NCBI GenBank assembly: GCA_965140695.1
Contig: OZ223297.1
Coordinates: 2,218,325-2,282,324 of the forward strand
Source of the DNA: an uncultured Amphritea sp.
Lineage (GTDB): Bacteria; Pseudomonadota; Gammaproteobacteria; Pseudomonadales; Balneatricaceae
Reading direction: 5' to 3'
DNA length: 64,000 bases
The notes under the pieces are model-generated. The model saw only the letters and a program-made list of their open reading frames with translations, had not been told where the DNA came from and did not search any database. Both the position numbers and the translations under genes were made by a program. This document shows, piece by piece, positions 10,257 to 20,812 of the stretch; position 1 is the stretch's first letter, and every line of letters starts with the position of its first letter.

Positions 10257-11060
10257 ATGAACATGAAACTGGAGGCTATTCCGATGATAACCAGCAGTCC
10301 TGAGGGGCTTTGGGCGACCTGGAAAGAGGATGTGAACTGCGTCTTCGACCGTGATCCTGCGGCGCGTAACTACTTTGAGATTTTGCTGACCTATCCCGGC
10401 GTTCATGCGGTTCTGATGCATCGGCTTGCACATAAGTTATGGAAAGCTAAGTGGCTTTTCAGTGCTCGTTTACTGGCTTATCTGGTGCGCCTGCTGACCA
10501 ACGTCGATATTCATCCCGGTGCCCGTGTCGGTGCCCGGCTGTTTATTGATCACGGTGCCGGTGTTGTTATCGGTGAGACCGCTGAACTGGGTGATGATGT
10601 CACCCTGTATCACGGCGTTACTCTGGGAGGCACCAGCTGGAATAAAGGTAAGCGGCATCCAACCCTGGGAGACCGGGTGCTGATCGGTGCCGGCGCAAAA
10701 ATTCTGGGGCCTATCACCGTTGGTGCAGATGCCAGGGTGGGTGCAAACTCTGTGGTTGTCGGCAATGTACCCGAGGGGGGCACCGTCGTCGGTATTCCGG
10801 GTCGGGTGGTCACTGATCAGAAAGTCAACGCCGGGCCGGGCGGCATCAACCTTAACCATCATATGATTCCCGACCCTGTCGGCCGGGCGATGGCCTGCAT
10901 GCTGGAGCGGATCGATAAGCTGGAAGCGCAACTGGAAAAGCAGGGCGCGCTGGAGGTCGGTTATCAGTTTAAATTTTACAGTCAGTGTGAGCCCAACAGC
11001 GATATTTGTGACAACGAGTGCCCAGACGGCAAGAAATTTGCGCATGCGCATGGAGAGTGA
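10257..11060 (+). CDS. cysE: Serine O-acetyltransferase (nif-associated, nifP-type)
   Basis: [26 protein letters not shown] and hexapeptide repeats. Confidence 0.93.
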   Translation: MNMKLEAIPMITSSPEGLWATWKEDVNCVFDRDPAARNYFEILLTYPGVHAVLMHRLAHKLWKAKWLFSARLLAYLVRLLTNVDIHPGARVGARLFIDHGAGVVIGETAELGDDVTLYHGVTLGGTSWNKGKRHPTLGDRVLIGAGAKILGPITVGADARVGANSVVVGNVPEGGTVVGIPGRVVTDQKVNAGPGGINLNHHMIPDPVGRAMACMLERIDKLEAQLEKQGALEVGYQFKFYSQCEPNSDICDNECPDGKKFAHAHGE

Positions 11061-11062
11061 TT

Positions 11063-11587
11063 ATGGATCTGCACAGTTTTGAAGACGGTGATCTTTATTT
11101 TGAAACGCCTTTAGCGCCAGAGGTAATAGCATTACTGAATCAGGCCGCAGAGGCGTATGCCAATGGCGGGGCTGAATCCTTTCTGATGAAAGCGCGCTTT
11201 ATGGCTCCTGATAACCTGATGGTGCTGGTGGCGTTGTACCGTTTTTATTACTACCAGCATCGTTATATCGAGGCGCTGGGCATTGCTGAGGACGCGCTGG
11301 ATGTTTCCGGGCGGATGTTTGGCTTTGACCTGGGCTGGCGGCGGATGACCTTGCAGCATCTGTCTTTCGGCATGGTTGAGTCATTTGGCATGGTGCGTTT
11401 TTATCTGCTGGCGCTGAAGGGCAGTGGTTATCTGTGCCTGCGTCTGGGAGAGCTTGAAGAGGGGATCGACCGGCTGGAAAAAGTGGTTGAGCTGGATAGC
11501 CCGGACCGCCTGGGCGCCCGGTCGCTATTAGAAGTGGCTTACAACCAGAAAGGGATCTATTCGCTAGATCAACGAATGAGTGCATGA
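11063..11587 (+). CDS. nif-associated hypothetical TPR-like protein (position of the orf between cysE and nifW in Azotobacter)
   Basis: VLVALYRFYYYQHR and LALKGSGYLCLRLGE motifs; synteny. Confidence 0.7.
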   Translation: MDLHSFEDGDLYFETPLAPEVIALLNQAAEAYANGGAESFLMKARFMAPDNLMVLVALYRFYYYQHRYIEALGIAEDALDVSGRMFGFDLGWRRMTLQHLSFGMVESFGMVRFYLLALKGSGYLCLRLGELEEGIDRLEKVVELDSPDRLGARSLLEVAYNQKGIYSLDQRMSA

Positions 11588-11596
11588 GGTGAGACG

Positions 11597-11923
11597 ATGA
11601 GCGATATGACATTTATGGATGACCTGGAAGAACTCAGTTCAGCTGAAGATTTTCTGGAATATTTCGACATTGAGTTCGACAGGAGTGTGGTACAGGTAAA
11701 CCGGTTGCACATTATGCAGCGTTTTCACGATTACCTTAAAGATCTGCCCGACGCTGATCAGGTCGCCGATATGGACGGCTACAAAGCGGCGTATAAAGAG
11801 TATCTGACAAAGGCCTATGAGGATTTTGTCAGCTCCGATGCGCTGACGGAAAAAGTGTTCCGGGTGTTTCATATGAAAGGTCCGCAAACCACTTTTGTAC
11901 CGCTCGATCAGATTCTGGAGTAA
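11597..11923 (+). CDS. nifW: Nitrogenase-stabilising protein NifW
   Basis: LSSAEDFLEYF, VNRLHIMQRF and EKVFRVF motifs. Confidence 0.93.
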   Translation: MSDMTFMDDLEELSSAEDFLEYFDIEFDRSVVQVNRLHIMQRFHDYLKDLPDADQVADMDGYKAAYKEYLTKAYEDFVSSDALTEKVFRVFHMKGPQTTFVPLDQILE

Positions 11924-11929
11924 TACCTT

Positions 11930-12424
11930 ATGCGGCCTAAATATGAATACGGCAGTGAAGTCAGACTCATCCGAAATGTGCGTAATGACGGTACCTATCC
12001 GGGAACAGAGGTGGGTGAGCTGCTGATGCGACGGGGTGAAGTGGGCTGTGTTTACGATGTGGGTACATACCTGCAGGACCAGCTGATCTACCGGGTTCAT
12101 TTTTTAGAGGCCGGGCGCACCGTCGGCTGTCGTGAAGAGGAGTTAATTGCCGCCGATGCTGAATGGATTCAGAACCGTTTTGAGTTCAGGGATCAGGTAC
12201 TGATTCTGTGCGATCTGCGCATGGGTGAACAACTGATTGCCAGCAAAGGCGATCAGGGAGAGATAGAAGGGGTTCTGCGGGAAGACCAGAGCGATATTCA
12301 GTACAACCTGTATATCAATGGTCACAGTATCTGCATTCCTGAACGCGCGTTGGCAGCGGCACCGGCGGCAGATGATTTTGTTGACGCAGCCACCGAAGCG
12401 GCACGAGGAGGAGACTATGGTTAA
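11930..12424 (+). CDS. nifZ: P-cluster maturation protein NifZ
   Basis: RNVRNDGTYPG and VGCREEELI motifs. Confidence 0.92.
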   Translation: MRPKYEYGSEVRLIRNVRNDGTYPGTEVGELLMRRGEVGCVYDVGTYLQDQLIYRVHFLEAGRTVGCREEELIAADAEWIQNRFEFRDQVLILCDLRMGEQLIASKGDQGEIEGVLREDQSDIQYNLYINGHSICIPERALAAAPAADDFVDAATEAARGGDYG

Positions 12425-13295
12425 TTCCGATGCTAAGACCGAAGCAGTTTATGCGCTGTTCAAACTGTCGTGGAGTCAGTTTGAGTGCGCACCTGACCAG
12501 CTGGATGCAAAGCAGAAAAGAGAAGCGGCCGGTCTGATCGCCAACCAGCTGGAGATCGAACGGGCGGTGCTGAGTTCTGAGATGAGCCAGGGGGTAATTA
12601 TCTCCGGGGGCCAAGTGAAGAAGTCGATTGAAGAGATTATGGCACGCTATGAAAGCGAGATCGCCTTCGACCATGCGCTTGAACAGGCGCACCTGACCCT
12701 GGATTTTCTCCGCGAGGGGGTTCGCCGGGACCTTCTGGTCGAGGCGACGCTTGAGCGGGTTTCCGCCAGTGTACCAGAGGTTAGCAACGCTGAAGCCGAG
12801 CTGTTCTATTACTTTCACCCGGACCGGTTTGCCGTCAAAGAGCGACGCACAGTGTACCATATCCTGATTACGGTTAACGATGATTATGCCGAAAACAGTG
12901 CGGATCAGGCGTTTGCCCGGATCTGCGACATTCGTGACCGGGTATTTAAGAAGCGCTCGCGCTTTAAAGAACAGGCGCAAAAACACTCCGAATGCCCGAC
13001 CGCACTGCATGGCGGCAAGATCGGCAATGTTGAACGGGGGCAGCTCTATCCGGAACTGGACGCCGTATTGTTTTCTATGCAGGCAGGTGAGATCAGTGAA
13101 CCGGTACTCTCCTCGATTGGCTACCATCTGCTGTACTGCACAGAGATTGATCAGCCGCGCAAACTCCCTCTTGAAGAGGTCCTTCCTAAGTTAAAAGCCT
13201 CACTGCGTGATCGACAGCAAGCGATCTATCAGCGGCAGTGGATTAAAGAACAACTTACGCATCAGACAGCGATGCCACAGGCGGTGAATTCATGA
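12417..13295 (+). CDS. nifM: NifH maturation PPIase NifM
   Basis: Parvulin domain: [25 protein letters not shown]; start MVNSD at 12417. Confidence 0.9.
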   Translation: MVNSDAKTEAVYALFKLSWSQFECAPDQLDAKQKREAAGLIANQLEIERAVLSSEMSQGVIISGGQVKKSIEEIMARYESEIAFDHALEQAHLTLDFLREGVRRDLLVEATLERVSASVPEVSNAEAELFYYFHPDRFAVKERRTVYHILITVNDDYAENSADQAFARICDIRDRVFKKRSRFKEQAQKHSECPTALHGGKIGNVERGQLYPELDAVLFSMQAGEISEPVLSSIGYHLLYCTEIDQPRKLPLEEVLPKLKASLRDRQQAIYQRQWIKEQLTHQTAMPQAVNS

Positions 13296-14584
13296 GTGAA
13301 AAAGAGAAAATCAAATGTTCTTTTTGTGGTGTACAGCAGTCTGCCGAAGTGCCGCTGATATCGGGTAATGAAGGCTATATCTGTTCTGCCTGTGTTGAAC
13401 TGGCCTATAAAGTCTCCAGCAGTTGGGGACAGAAGGTGCAGCAACATGACCTGTCTGAATCGCTGATGACACCAAAAGAGACCAAAGCGCATCTGGACCA
13501 GTATGTGATCGATCAGGAGGGAGCCAAAGAGATTCTTTCTATCGCCATCTATAACCATTATCAGCGGCTGCTCAATCTGAACAGCAACGACTCGATCACC
13601 GATATTGATGGCGGCGTCGAGCTGGAAAAATCCAACGTGTTGATGGTTGGCCCATCCGGCACCGGTAAAACCCTGTTGGTGAAAAGCCTGGCCCGGGTGA
13701 TTGGTGTGCCCTTTGTCGTGGCCGATGCCACCACTCTGACCCAAGCGGGTTATGTCGGTGAAGATGTTGATGTCATTATGCGCCGTCTGGTGGATGCCGC
13801 CGATGGCGATGTGCAGCGGGCTCAGTGGGGCATTGTTTATATTGATGAGGTCGACAAACTGGCGGACAAGAGCGGTGGCGCTGCCTCCACCCGCGATGTC
13901 TCCGGCGAAGGGGTGCAGCAGGCACTGCTGAAAATGGTCGAAGGCCATGATGTCAAACTGCCGAAAAGCGGTCGTCGCGGTGATAACGGCGATGAGATCA
14001 TCAACACCACCAATATTCTCTTTATTGTGGGTGGTGCGTTCCCCGGTCTGGAAGAGCATGTTAAAGGGCGGTTACGCCCCGATGGTGTAGGTATTGGCTT
14101 TCAGGCGGCATTTGTGGCCGACAAAGAGCACACCCATGATGAACTGCTGGCCGAACTGAAACCGGAAGATCTGCAGAAATTTGGTCTGATCCCTGAATTT
14201 GTCGGGCGTTTCCCGGTGGTCACCTTCCTCCATGAGCTGGATGCCGAAGCGCTGGTGCGGGTGCTGACCGAACCGAAAAACTCGCTGCAGAAACAGTATC
14301 GCCAGCTGTATTCCTATCAGGGGGTTGATCTGGTGTTCACCGATGATGCTCTGACACGGATAGCGGAGCTGGCCTGTGCCCGTGGCAGCGGTGCCCGGGG
14401 GCTGCGTTCAATTATGGAATCGGTGCTGCGTAAAAGCATGTACGAGATGCCATCGAATCCGCAACTGAAACAGGTGATTGTTGACCGTGAAGGGGTTGAT
14501 GATGCCAGTGAACTGATCGTCAGAGAGGTTCTGCTGGACCCTTCTGAAGAGACATTTTCTACTGCTGAAGCTGCGGATGGTTAA
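13292..14584 (+). CDS. clpX: nif-associated ClpX ATPase (ClpX2-type)
   Basis: CSFC/CxxC zinc domain, Walker [19 protein letters not shown] loop, GARGLRS; overlaps nifM stop. Confidence 0.92.
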   Translation: MSEKEKIKCSFCGVQQSAEVPLISGNEGYICSACVELAYKVSSSWGQKVQQHDLSESLMTPKETKAHLDQYVIDQEGAKEILSIAIYNHYQRLLNLNSNDSITDIDGGVELEKSNVLMVGPSGTGKTLLVKSLARVIGVPFVVADATTLTQAGYVGEDVDVIMRRLVDAADGDVQRAQWGIVYIDEVDKLADKSGGAASTRDVSGEGVQQALLKMVEGHDVKLPKSGRRGDNGDEIINTTNILFIVGGAFPGLEEHVKGRLRPDGVGIGFQAAFVADKEHTHDELLAELKPEDLQKFGLIPEFVGRFPVVTFLHELDAEALVRVLTEPKNSLQKQYRQLYSYQGVDLVFTDDALTRIAELACARGSGARGLRSIMESVLRKSMYEMPSNPQLKQVIVDREGVDDASELIVREVLLDPSEETFSTAEAADG

Positions 14585-14609
14585 GCGTTGCTGAGTGGCT
14601 ATTAACGAT

Positions 14610-14638
14610 AAAAACGGCTGAAAGTTCAGCCGTTTTTT
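14610..14638. terminator. Intrinsic terminator after clpX
   Basis: AAAAACGGCTGAA-AG-TTCAGCCGTTTTTT. Confidence 0.85.
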
Positions 14639-14679
14639 ATCGCTAACGCAGCGGTTGCCGATGGTTTTGGGAAGGATAG

Positions 14680-15084
14680 ATGATGTCAGAAACAGATCAG
14701 GTTAAGCGGTTATGGGTTGCTAACCGTCAGCAGTTAACAGAGCGTTCATTTATCCTGTTTGACTGTGTTTATGCGGAAACCGTAAGCTCCGTAATTCTGG
14801 TGCGCTCCTCCGGTCAGTGCTACGGCTATCTCAACCGCTGTGTACATATGCCGTTTCGTCTGGATTGTGAAAGCAACGATATTTTCAGGGTCACTGACAA
14901 CCGCATTAAGTGTTCGATGCATGGCATTATATACCATCCTGAAACAGGGGCTTCTCTGAGTCCGACGATGTGTACCGGAGAAACACTAACCCCTGTTCAG
15001 ACAGAGGAAGATGACGAGGGAATCTGGATTGTGGATGAGCGGGTCGAACTGCGCTCTCAGGGAAAAGACTGCGCCGGTAATTGA
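14680..15084 (+). CDS. Small Rieske [2Fe-2S] ferredoxin
   Basis: NRCVH and CSMHG Rieske ligand motifs. Confidence 0.85.
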   Translation: MMSETDQVKRLWVANRQQLTERSFILFDCVYAETVSSVILVRSSGQCYGYLNRCVHMPFRLDCESNDIFRVTDNRIKCSMHGIIYHPETGASLSPTMCTGETLTPVQTEEDDEGIWIVDERVELRSQGKDCAGN

Positions 15085-15142
15085 GATATTCCTGTCTATA
15101 CTAATCTGAGTTCTGGCCGCACACACAGAGGAGTCGTTTAGT

Positions 15143-15544
15143 ATGAACCGTTGGATCTACCCTGGAATCAGCCCCTGGTTAAACCTGTTTAAGTCGCCAC
15201 TCAGTGGTGATGTGACACAGGATATATCGCCAGTGACCAGTTGGTGGTCACCGCAGATTGAACTCAATTTTGCCGGTAACCGGCCTATCGAAAACGCAGT
15301 GGTTCGGGATGTGGCCAGCTATGGTAAGCAGCTGGGCATTATCACCGATGTGTTGTTACAACTGACAAAAGAGGAAACCGGTGAAGCAGTCGACCAGCTG
15401 CGTAAACTCGCCGCCGATGTCGAGGCGATAAAGCAGCAACATCTCGCCGCTAGCATCAGCACACTGAAAACCGGGTTGGTCAAACTCAGGTCGGAAGACC
15501 CTGAGGGGTATAAAAAGCTGATGGATGAGCTGCAGCAGGGATGA
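15143..15544 (+). CDS. Hypothetical protein
   Basis: 133-aa ORF with GAGGAG RBS; contains VASYGKQLGIITDVL; no function recognised. Confidence 0.7.
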   Translation: MNRWIYPGISPWLNLFKSPLSGDVTQDISPVTSWWSPQIELNFAGNRPIENAVVRDVASYGKQLGIITDVLLQLTKEETGEAVDQLRKLAADVEAIKQQHLAASISTLKTGLVKLRSEDPEGYKKLMDELQQG

Positions 15545-15589
15545 ATGGGTATAGATGACGATTCAGTCCTGCGGGCAGTGGTTAACACC

Positions 15590-16456
15590 TCAGTTTTCGG
15601 CGACTGGAAAGTAGGGGATTATCTCCTCCCTGAACGTCAGCGATCCGTTCTTAACCGTCCCTCTGACGACATGGATAACCATAGAGTCGGTGCCGAAATT
15701 CTCGTAATAGAGAAACATATTGGTATCGTTGGGGGTATTACTGCTGGACAGTGATCCATTCTTATACTGAGTGAAGGTGTGCCGGTGGTACAGATCGGTT
15801 GACCGCATAATCGACAATTGATGGGTATGGCCGCAGAAAACATGCTCGATTTTATGCTCTCGTATGAATTCGACAACCATTCTTGAGTTGAACAGCGGAT
15901 CTGAATCAGTATCGAGGATGGAGTAGTGATTCAGCAGTAGTATGCGATCATAACTGGCTTTGCTAATGGCATCAGACAGCGTTCTCAGCATCTCCTTGTC
16001 GACAAAACCGTTGTCGTCATAGAGCGAGTTGGCATCGAGGCAGACCAGCAGAATCGATTCACCGTTGATGCTGATGTTTTTCAGGAAATTGATATCGGTA
16101 AAATGGTCTTTTATGCCATTGGTACTGCCAAGCAGAAAAATATTATTCTTCTTACAATTCTTCCGATTCAGGGGGCGAAGGACATCTACATCGTCGATAT
16201 ACTGACGAAAGTAATCTGCACTGCGCATATTGCGTTTGTCATGATTGCCCGGAATCGAGACGATATGCGGGCAGTTAATCGCCTTTAAAAAATTACCAGC
16301 AGCTTCAAACTCGCTTTCGAGAGCGTCGGTCGTATTATCGCCGGTGTTGATGACAATATCGGCAGCATAGCTGTTCAGTTTTTCCAGCAACAGCTCACTT
16401 TTTCCCAGCCAGTGACGGGGGCCAAAATGCATATCTGAGATGTGTAGTAGATTCAT
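15590..16456 (-). CDS. Metallophosphoesterase (calcineurin-like)
   Basis: HISDMHFG, TGD, PGNHD and CGHTH motifs. Confidence 0.88.
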   Translation of the reverse strand: MNLLHISDMHFGPRHWLGKSELLLEKLNSYAADIVINTGDNTTDALESEFEAAGNFLKAINCPHIVSIPGNHDKRNMRSADYFRQYIDDVDVLRPLNRKNCKKNNIFLLGSTNGIKDHFTDINFLKNISINGESILLVCLDANSLYDDNGFVDKEMLRTLSDAISKASYDRILLLNHYSILDTDSDPLFNSRMVVEFIREHKIEHVFCGHTHQLSIMRSTDLYHRHTFTQYKNGSLSSSNTPNDTNMFLYYENFGTDSMVIHVVRGTVKNGSLTFREEIIPYFPVAEN

Positions 16457-17058
16457 TTTGTGTCGGGTAAACCCTTTGCCAAAGCAGGTGAATTGTGCCA
16501 ATAAAGCAGCATTCAGGCGAGTAATCTGGGTTCAGTTGCACAGAGCTTCCACCAATAGCCCCTGAGTATGTCAACATACTGTGACAAACAACAGCGATAT
16601 AAAAAGCGATTAGGAAATGGGCAGGTTTATTTGATTTTCCTTAGCGGTTTAATCGCTGAATAAGCGATTAAACCGGCAGTTCCATCTTATCGCTGTCAGC
16701 CCGACCCAATAGCGGGTATAGTGTACGAGTTAGTTTCCCCTGCATCGGGCCTACTGGCCAGCACGCCGCTATTCTTCTTATTGTTAGCTTTATTGTTCAA
16801 CACGGCTTTTTCGACTTTTTCCAGAGCTTGTTTCCTTAGCTTTCTTTAAGAGCCTTTTCAAAGCGCATTTTTCGACCCTTTTTCACCTATTTGCCTGTAC
16901 GCAAATAGAGTAGATTTTCGCACCGACTGTCAGTTCTTCTCAGTACCTATGGGAATGGCCCGATTGTTAGCATATCTCTGATGTTGAGCAGCTGCTGCCC
17001 ATGATTTTTCAGCGAGTGATGGTGCGTTGTTGATTTGTCCTTTTCTCTCAGGAGCACC

Positions 17059-17712
17059 ATGACTACCACTACTGAAGACGTTCATGAACTACAACCCGCG
17101 ATTCTTTCCTATGTGAAAGACCTGCCTAATCTCTGCTCACTTGCGGGCCTGGCCTGCACACTGTCTGCGATCTATTTCTGTATTATCGGCGTGTATGAAG
17201 CGGCGATGATCGGCATGATATGGGCCGTTGCCTTTGACTGGGCCGATGGCCTGGTGGCGCGACGCATGAAGGGGCGCACCGGCAATGACCGTATCTTTGG
17301 TGGTCAGCTGGATCTGGTAATAGACATTGTCAGCTATGGCGTCACCCCCGCGATTCTTCTACTGAGTTATGGACAGTTTGATCCTGTCTTTCTGCCTGCC
17401 GCTTTCATTGTCATTGCTGCCAGCGCGATACGTCTGAGTTACTTCAGTACCTATGGTTTGTCAGACCAGTCCAGATATACCGGCCTGGCCATGGATAACA
17501 ACAATATTGTGCTGGTGTTTATCTTCCTCTTAGAGGGCGTTATTCCCCGGGAGATATTCGCTGTGATTTTCTATGTCAGCGCCGTAGGGCTTGCTGTACT
17601 CAATGTTTCTCAAATTAAAACCCCAAAACTGTCTGGCAATCCCAGAAACGTTTTTTTACTGGCGTTTTATACGCTCGGAATCACCAGTATTTACAGTTGG
17701 CAGCTTCTATAA
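17059..17712 (+). CDS. CDP-alcohol phosphatidyltransferase family membrane protein
   Basis: DWADGLVARR...GGQLDLVID signature; hydrophobic. Confidence 0.88.
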   Translation: MTTTTEDVHELQPAILSYVKDLPNLCSLAGLACTLSAIYFCIIGVYEAAMIGMIWAVAFDWADGLVARRMKGRTGNDRIFGGQLDLVIDIVSYGVTPAILLLSYGQFDPVFLPAAFIVIAASAIRLSYFSTYGLSDQSRYTGLAMDNNNIVLVFIFLLEGVIPREIFAVIFYVSAVGLAVLNVSQIKTPKLSGNPRNVFLLAFYTLGITSIYSWQLL

Positions 17713-17784
17713 CTGGTAACAGTACTAGCAACAGTGTCGTTACCAACGGCACTTAAAATAATTTATTGAGGGGATAAACTGCCC

Positions 17785-18231
17785 ATGATTGTATATACCG
17801 TAGGTACGTTTGATTTGTTGCATGTAGGTCACGTTGCGTTACTCGAATACTGTAAGTCATTAGGGGCTGTGCTGGCCGTTGGCGTTGCTTCAGATGAAGT
17901 TGTCCGCTCTTACAAGCCCAATGTTCCTGTTATTCCGCTGGAACAACGGATGGAGATGCTGAGGGCGTTGCGTTGTGTTGATATTGTGCTGCCGTACTAT
18001 GAACTTGAATATGTATCCGGCTGCAAAGAGGTAAGTGCTGATATTTTCGTGATTGGCGAAGACTGGGGAAGCCAACCTCACAATGTCGCGGTAGAAGCGT
18101 ATCTGGAATCGGAAGGCAAGCAGATCAGGCAAGTGGCCTACAACCCGCGCACATCCTCATCGACGATAAAGCAAAATGTGATGACCCAGCCTTACAAATC
18201 AAACGATTCAAATGTGGTTTTTGCGTCCTGA
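17785..18231 (+). CDS. Cytidylyltransferase (TagD-like)
   Basis: GTFDLLHVGH (HxGH), IGEDW and RTSSSTIK motifs. Confidence 0.88.
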   Translation: MIVYTVGTFDLLHVGHVALLEYCKSLGAVLAVGVASDEVVRSYKPNVPVIPLEQRMEMLRALRCVDIVLPYYELEYVSGCKEVSADIFVIGEDWGSQPHNVAVEAYLESEGKQIRQVAYNPRTSSSTIKQNVMTQPYKSNDSNVVFAS

Positions 18232-18492
18232 TATCGCCCTCAGAGAAAAACAGAGGGGGAGTAAAATCCCCGGCTTTGATTGTTTTGAACTCTGTTAACG
18301 ATTGAGTATCCTGCCTGGTTTTTTAAATGCTTATCTCAAAAGCTTATCTAAAGAGCGTATCTGAAAAATAGCTCTCAACCAGAGAGTGCCCCGGTTCTGT
18401 TTTCATCTAGCCATTAATGACAACATAAATGGGCCTCCCTGTTTATGTTTGTGTATTATCTGTGTTTTTACTATCTCTGCAGAAGTGAATTC

Positions 18493-19869
18493 ATGAGCGA
18501 TATCCTCCAACAACTGACTGAAAGCCTCGGCCCCAAAGCGATACTTACCGGTACTTCGATGGGTGACAGATGTAAGACCGACTGGAGTGGCGTTGAGGGG
18601 ATGCTGCCGCTGGCTGTGGTCAGACCTAAGACCACAGCAGAGGTGTCCACCGCTGTTAAGCTGTGTAATGCGGTAGAACAGCGGATTGTTATTCAGGGGG
18701 GCATGACCGGTATTAGTGGCGGTGCTGTTCCACAAGCGCAAGAGATCGCGATATCACTGGAAAGAATGACGGGTGTGATTGAGGTTGATGTGGACTCAAT
18801 GACACTGACCGCTTATGCCGGAACGCCTCTGCAGGTGATTCAGGAAGCCGCCGACGCGGTTGGGCTGTGTTTCCCTTTGGATATGGGCTCACGGGGGAGT
18901 TGTACTATCGGTGGTAATGTCGCCACCAACGCCGGTGGTAATCAGGTTATCCGCTATGGGTCGGCACGTGCCTTAATACTGGGGCTGGAAGCGGTGTTGC
19001 CCGACGGCACCATTATCAGCTCACTCAACAAGATGTTAAAAAATAATGCCGGTTTTGATCTGAAGCAGCTGCTGATTGGCTCCGAAGGAACGCTGGGGAT
19101 CGTGACAAAAGTGGTGTTGCGCCTTTTTCCAAAGATGACATCCGTTCAGACGGCCCTCTGTGCGGCACCGGACTTCCCGACTATTCTGAAACTGCTGAAA
19201 TACACCTATGCATCACTGGGGGAGGGGCTTAGCTCTTTTGAGGTGATGTGGGCGAACTACTATGACGACGTGATAGAAAACGTGGAGCAGGCCCGCAGCC
19301 CTTTTCAGGAAGCCCACCCCTTTTATGTTCTGATTGAATACAGCGGTCAGGATGATCAGCGTGATAGTGAAATGTTTAGCAAAGTGTTATTTCAGACCAT
19401 GGAGCAGGGGATGACCACCGATGTCGTCGTGGCACAATCCGTTGCCGATGCGGACTCTTTCTGGATGATACGCGATAGTATTGGCGAACTGTTATCTGTA
19501 ATGGGGCCGGTTGTTAACACCGATATCAGCGTGCCGATCAATCGAATGCAGGCCTTTATGGAACATTTAGAGCCGATGCTCTATGCCACATTCCCGAAGA
19601 TCAAATTGCGTATTTTTGGCCACATCGGCGACAGTAATCTGCATATCTGTGCCGGTACGGGATCAGCAGACGATTTAGCGGCGATCTCGGCCAGGATGAT
19701 GGCGGTTGTCGGTGAATTTCAGGGCTCGATTTCTGCCGAGCATGGCATCGGTGTGTTAAAGCGAAAGTACTTACATCACTCCAGAACGGAGGAAGAGATC
19801 GCCCTGATGCGCAGACTCAAAGAGACGTTAGATCCTAAAGGGATACTGAACAGTGGCCGGGTTCTATAG
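18493..19869 (+). CDS. FAD-binding 2-hydroxyacid dehydrogenase (GlcD/D-2-hydroxyglutarate dehydrogenase-like)
   Basis: QGGMTG, IGGNVATNAGG, IGSEGTLGIVT, GHIGDSNLH and SAEHGIG motifs. Confidence 0.88.
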   Translation: MSDILQQLTESLGPKAILTGTSMGDRCKTDWSGVEGMLPLAVVRPKTTAEVSTAVKLCNAVEQRIVIQGGMTGISGGAVPQAQEIAISLERMTGVIEVDVDSMTLTAYAGTPLQVIQEAADAVGLCFPLDMGSRGSCTIGGNVATNAGGNQVIRYGSARALILGLEAVLPDGTIISSLNKMLKNNAGFDLKQLLIGSEGTLGIVTKVVLRLFPKMTSVQTALCAAPDFPTILKLLKYTYASLGEGLSSFEVMWANYYDDVIENVEQARSPFQEAHPFYVLIEYSGQDDQRDSEMFSKVLFQTMEQGMTTDVVVAQSVADADSFWMIRDSIGELLSVMGPVVNTDISVPINRMQAFMEHLEPMLYATFPKIKLRIFGHIGDSNLHICAGTGSADDLAAISARMMAVVGEFQGSISAEHGIGVLKRKYLHHSRTEEEIALMRRLKETLDPKGILNSGRVL

Positions 19870-20812
19870 TATCAAGGGTTTCATAGCAGCAAGCGATTAT
19901 CTACCGCCTCTTAATGATGCTGTTCTGATACAGTCAACCGAACACCCGATATTCACTTTCACATTTCAATGGATGCGGAGTCAGACAAGAACAGGACCCT
20001 ACTGGAGGGGGCTGGATCGACGAAATCATAGTAGTGCTCAAGGTTATTCATGATCTGAGGTGATTGGCAATGTGCCAGCTAATGTCTCCGTGATTGGAAT
20101 ACAGGGACGAAACATACACTGCAGAAACAGTATCGTCAGCTATATACCGGTCAGGGGAGCACTTAACCGTGTTGCCGAACCCATCAGGGAAGCGGTGTTC
20201 GTGGTTTGATTATGAGATCGGTGCTGCGAAAAAATATGTAGAGATGCCATCCAATTCTCAGCAGAAGCTGGTGATAGTGGATCATTAAGGGGGTGATGAT
20301 GCCTTGTAATAGATTGTTTGGGCTCCGTTCCCCCCCCCCCCTTCAAGCGTTAAATTCTTCGGTAAAAGTCGCTGCAGGCAGAACCATATAGCATGGGAAA
20401 AGTGAAAAAAAACGGCAGAGTTTTCAGCTGATTTTTTTAGCTTGATCCCTGCAAACTATCGAGATTCTGCTAACAGAGATTACTTTCATCTGAAAAACCG
20501 GCATCGTTTGCTCGGTTCATTTCCTCTCTTTCATCAAAAGTTTTTTTATCCAGTGGTTGCTATCAAAAATATGTACTGATTGTCTCGGGCGTTGGTATTT
20601 TTTAAAACCAAGACGCTAGTAGTAGGGATTTTTTGAGCAAAATTTTAATAGAAATTCATTAAATTGATAAAATATTTATCGTTTTATCGTAAATCTCTTG
20701 ACTGGTCGATATTAATCAATAATGATAAATATCGTATCGATATATCTCTTATGTAGAAAAAAAACAATTCTTACCAGAACGATGACTTAGGTAAGATCCA
20801 AGAGGAAACGTC

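Noticed and set aside
19880-20288. Protein-coding gene between the FAD oxidoreductase and TRAP operon
   Set aside because: Fragments interrupted by stops in all frames; possibly a pseudogene but no family could be assigned
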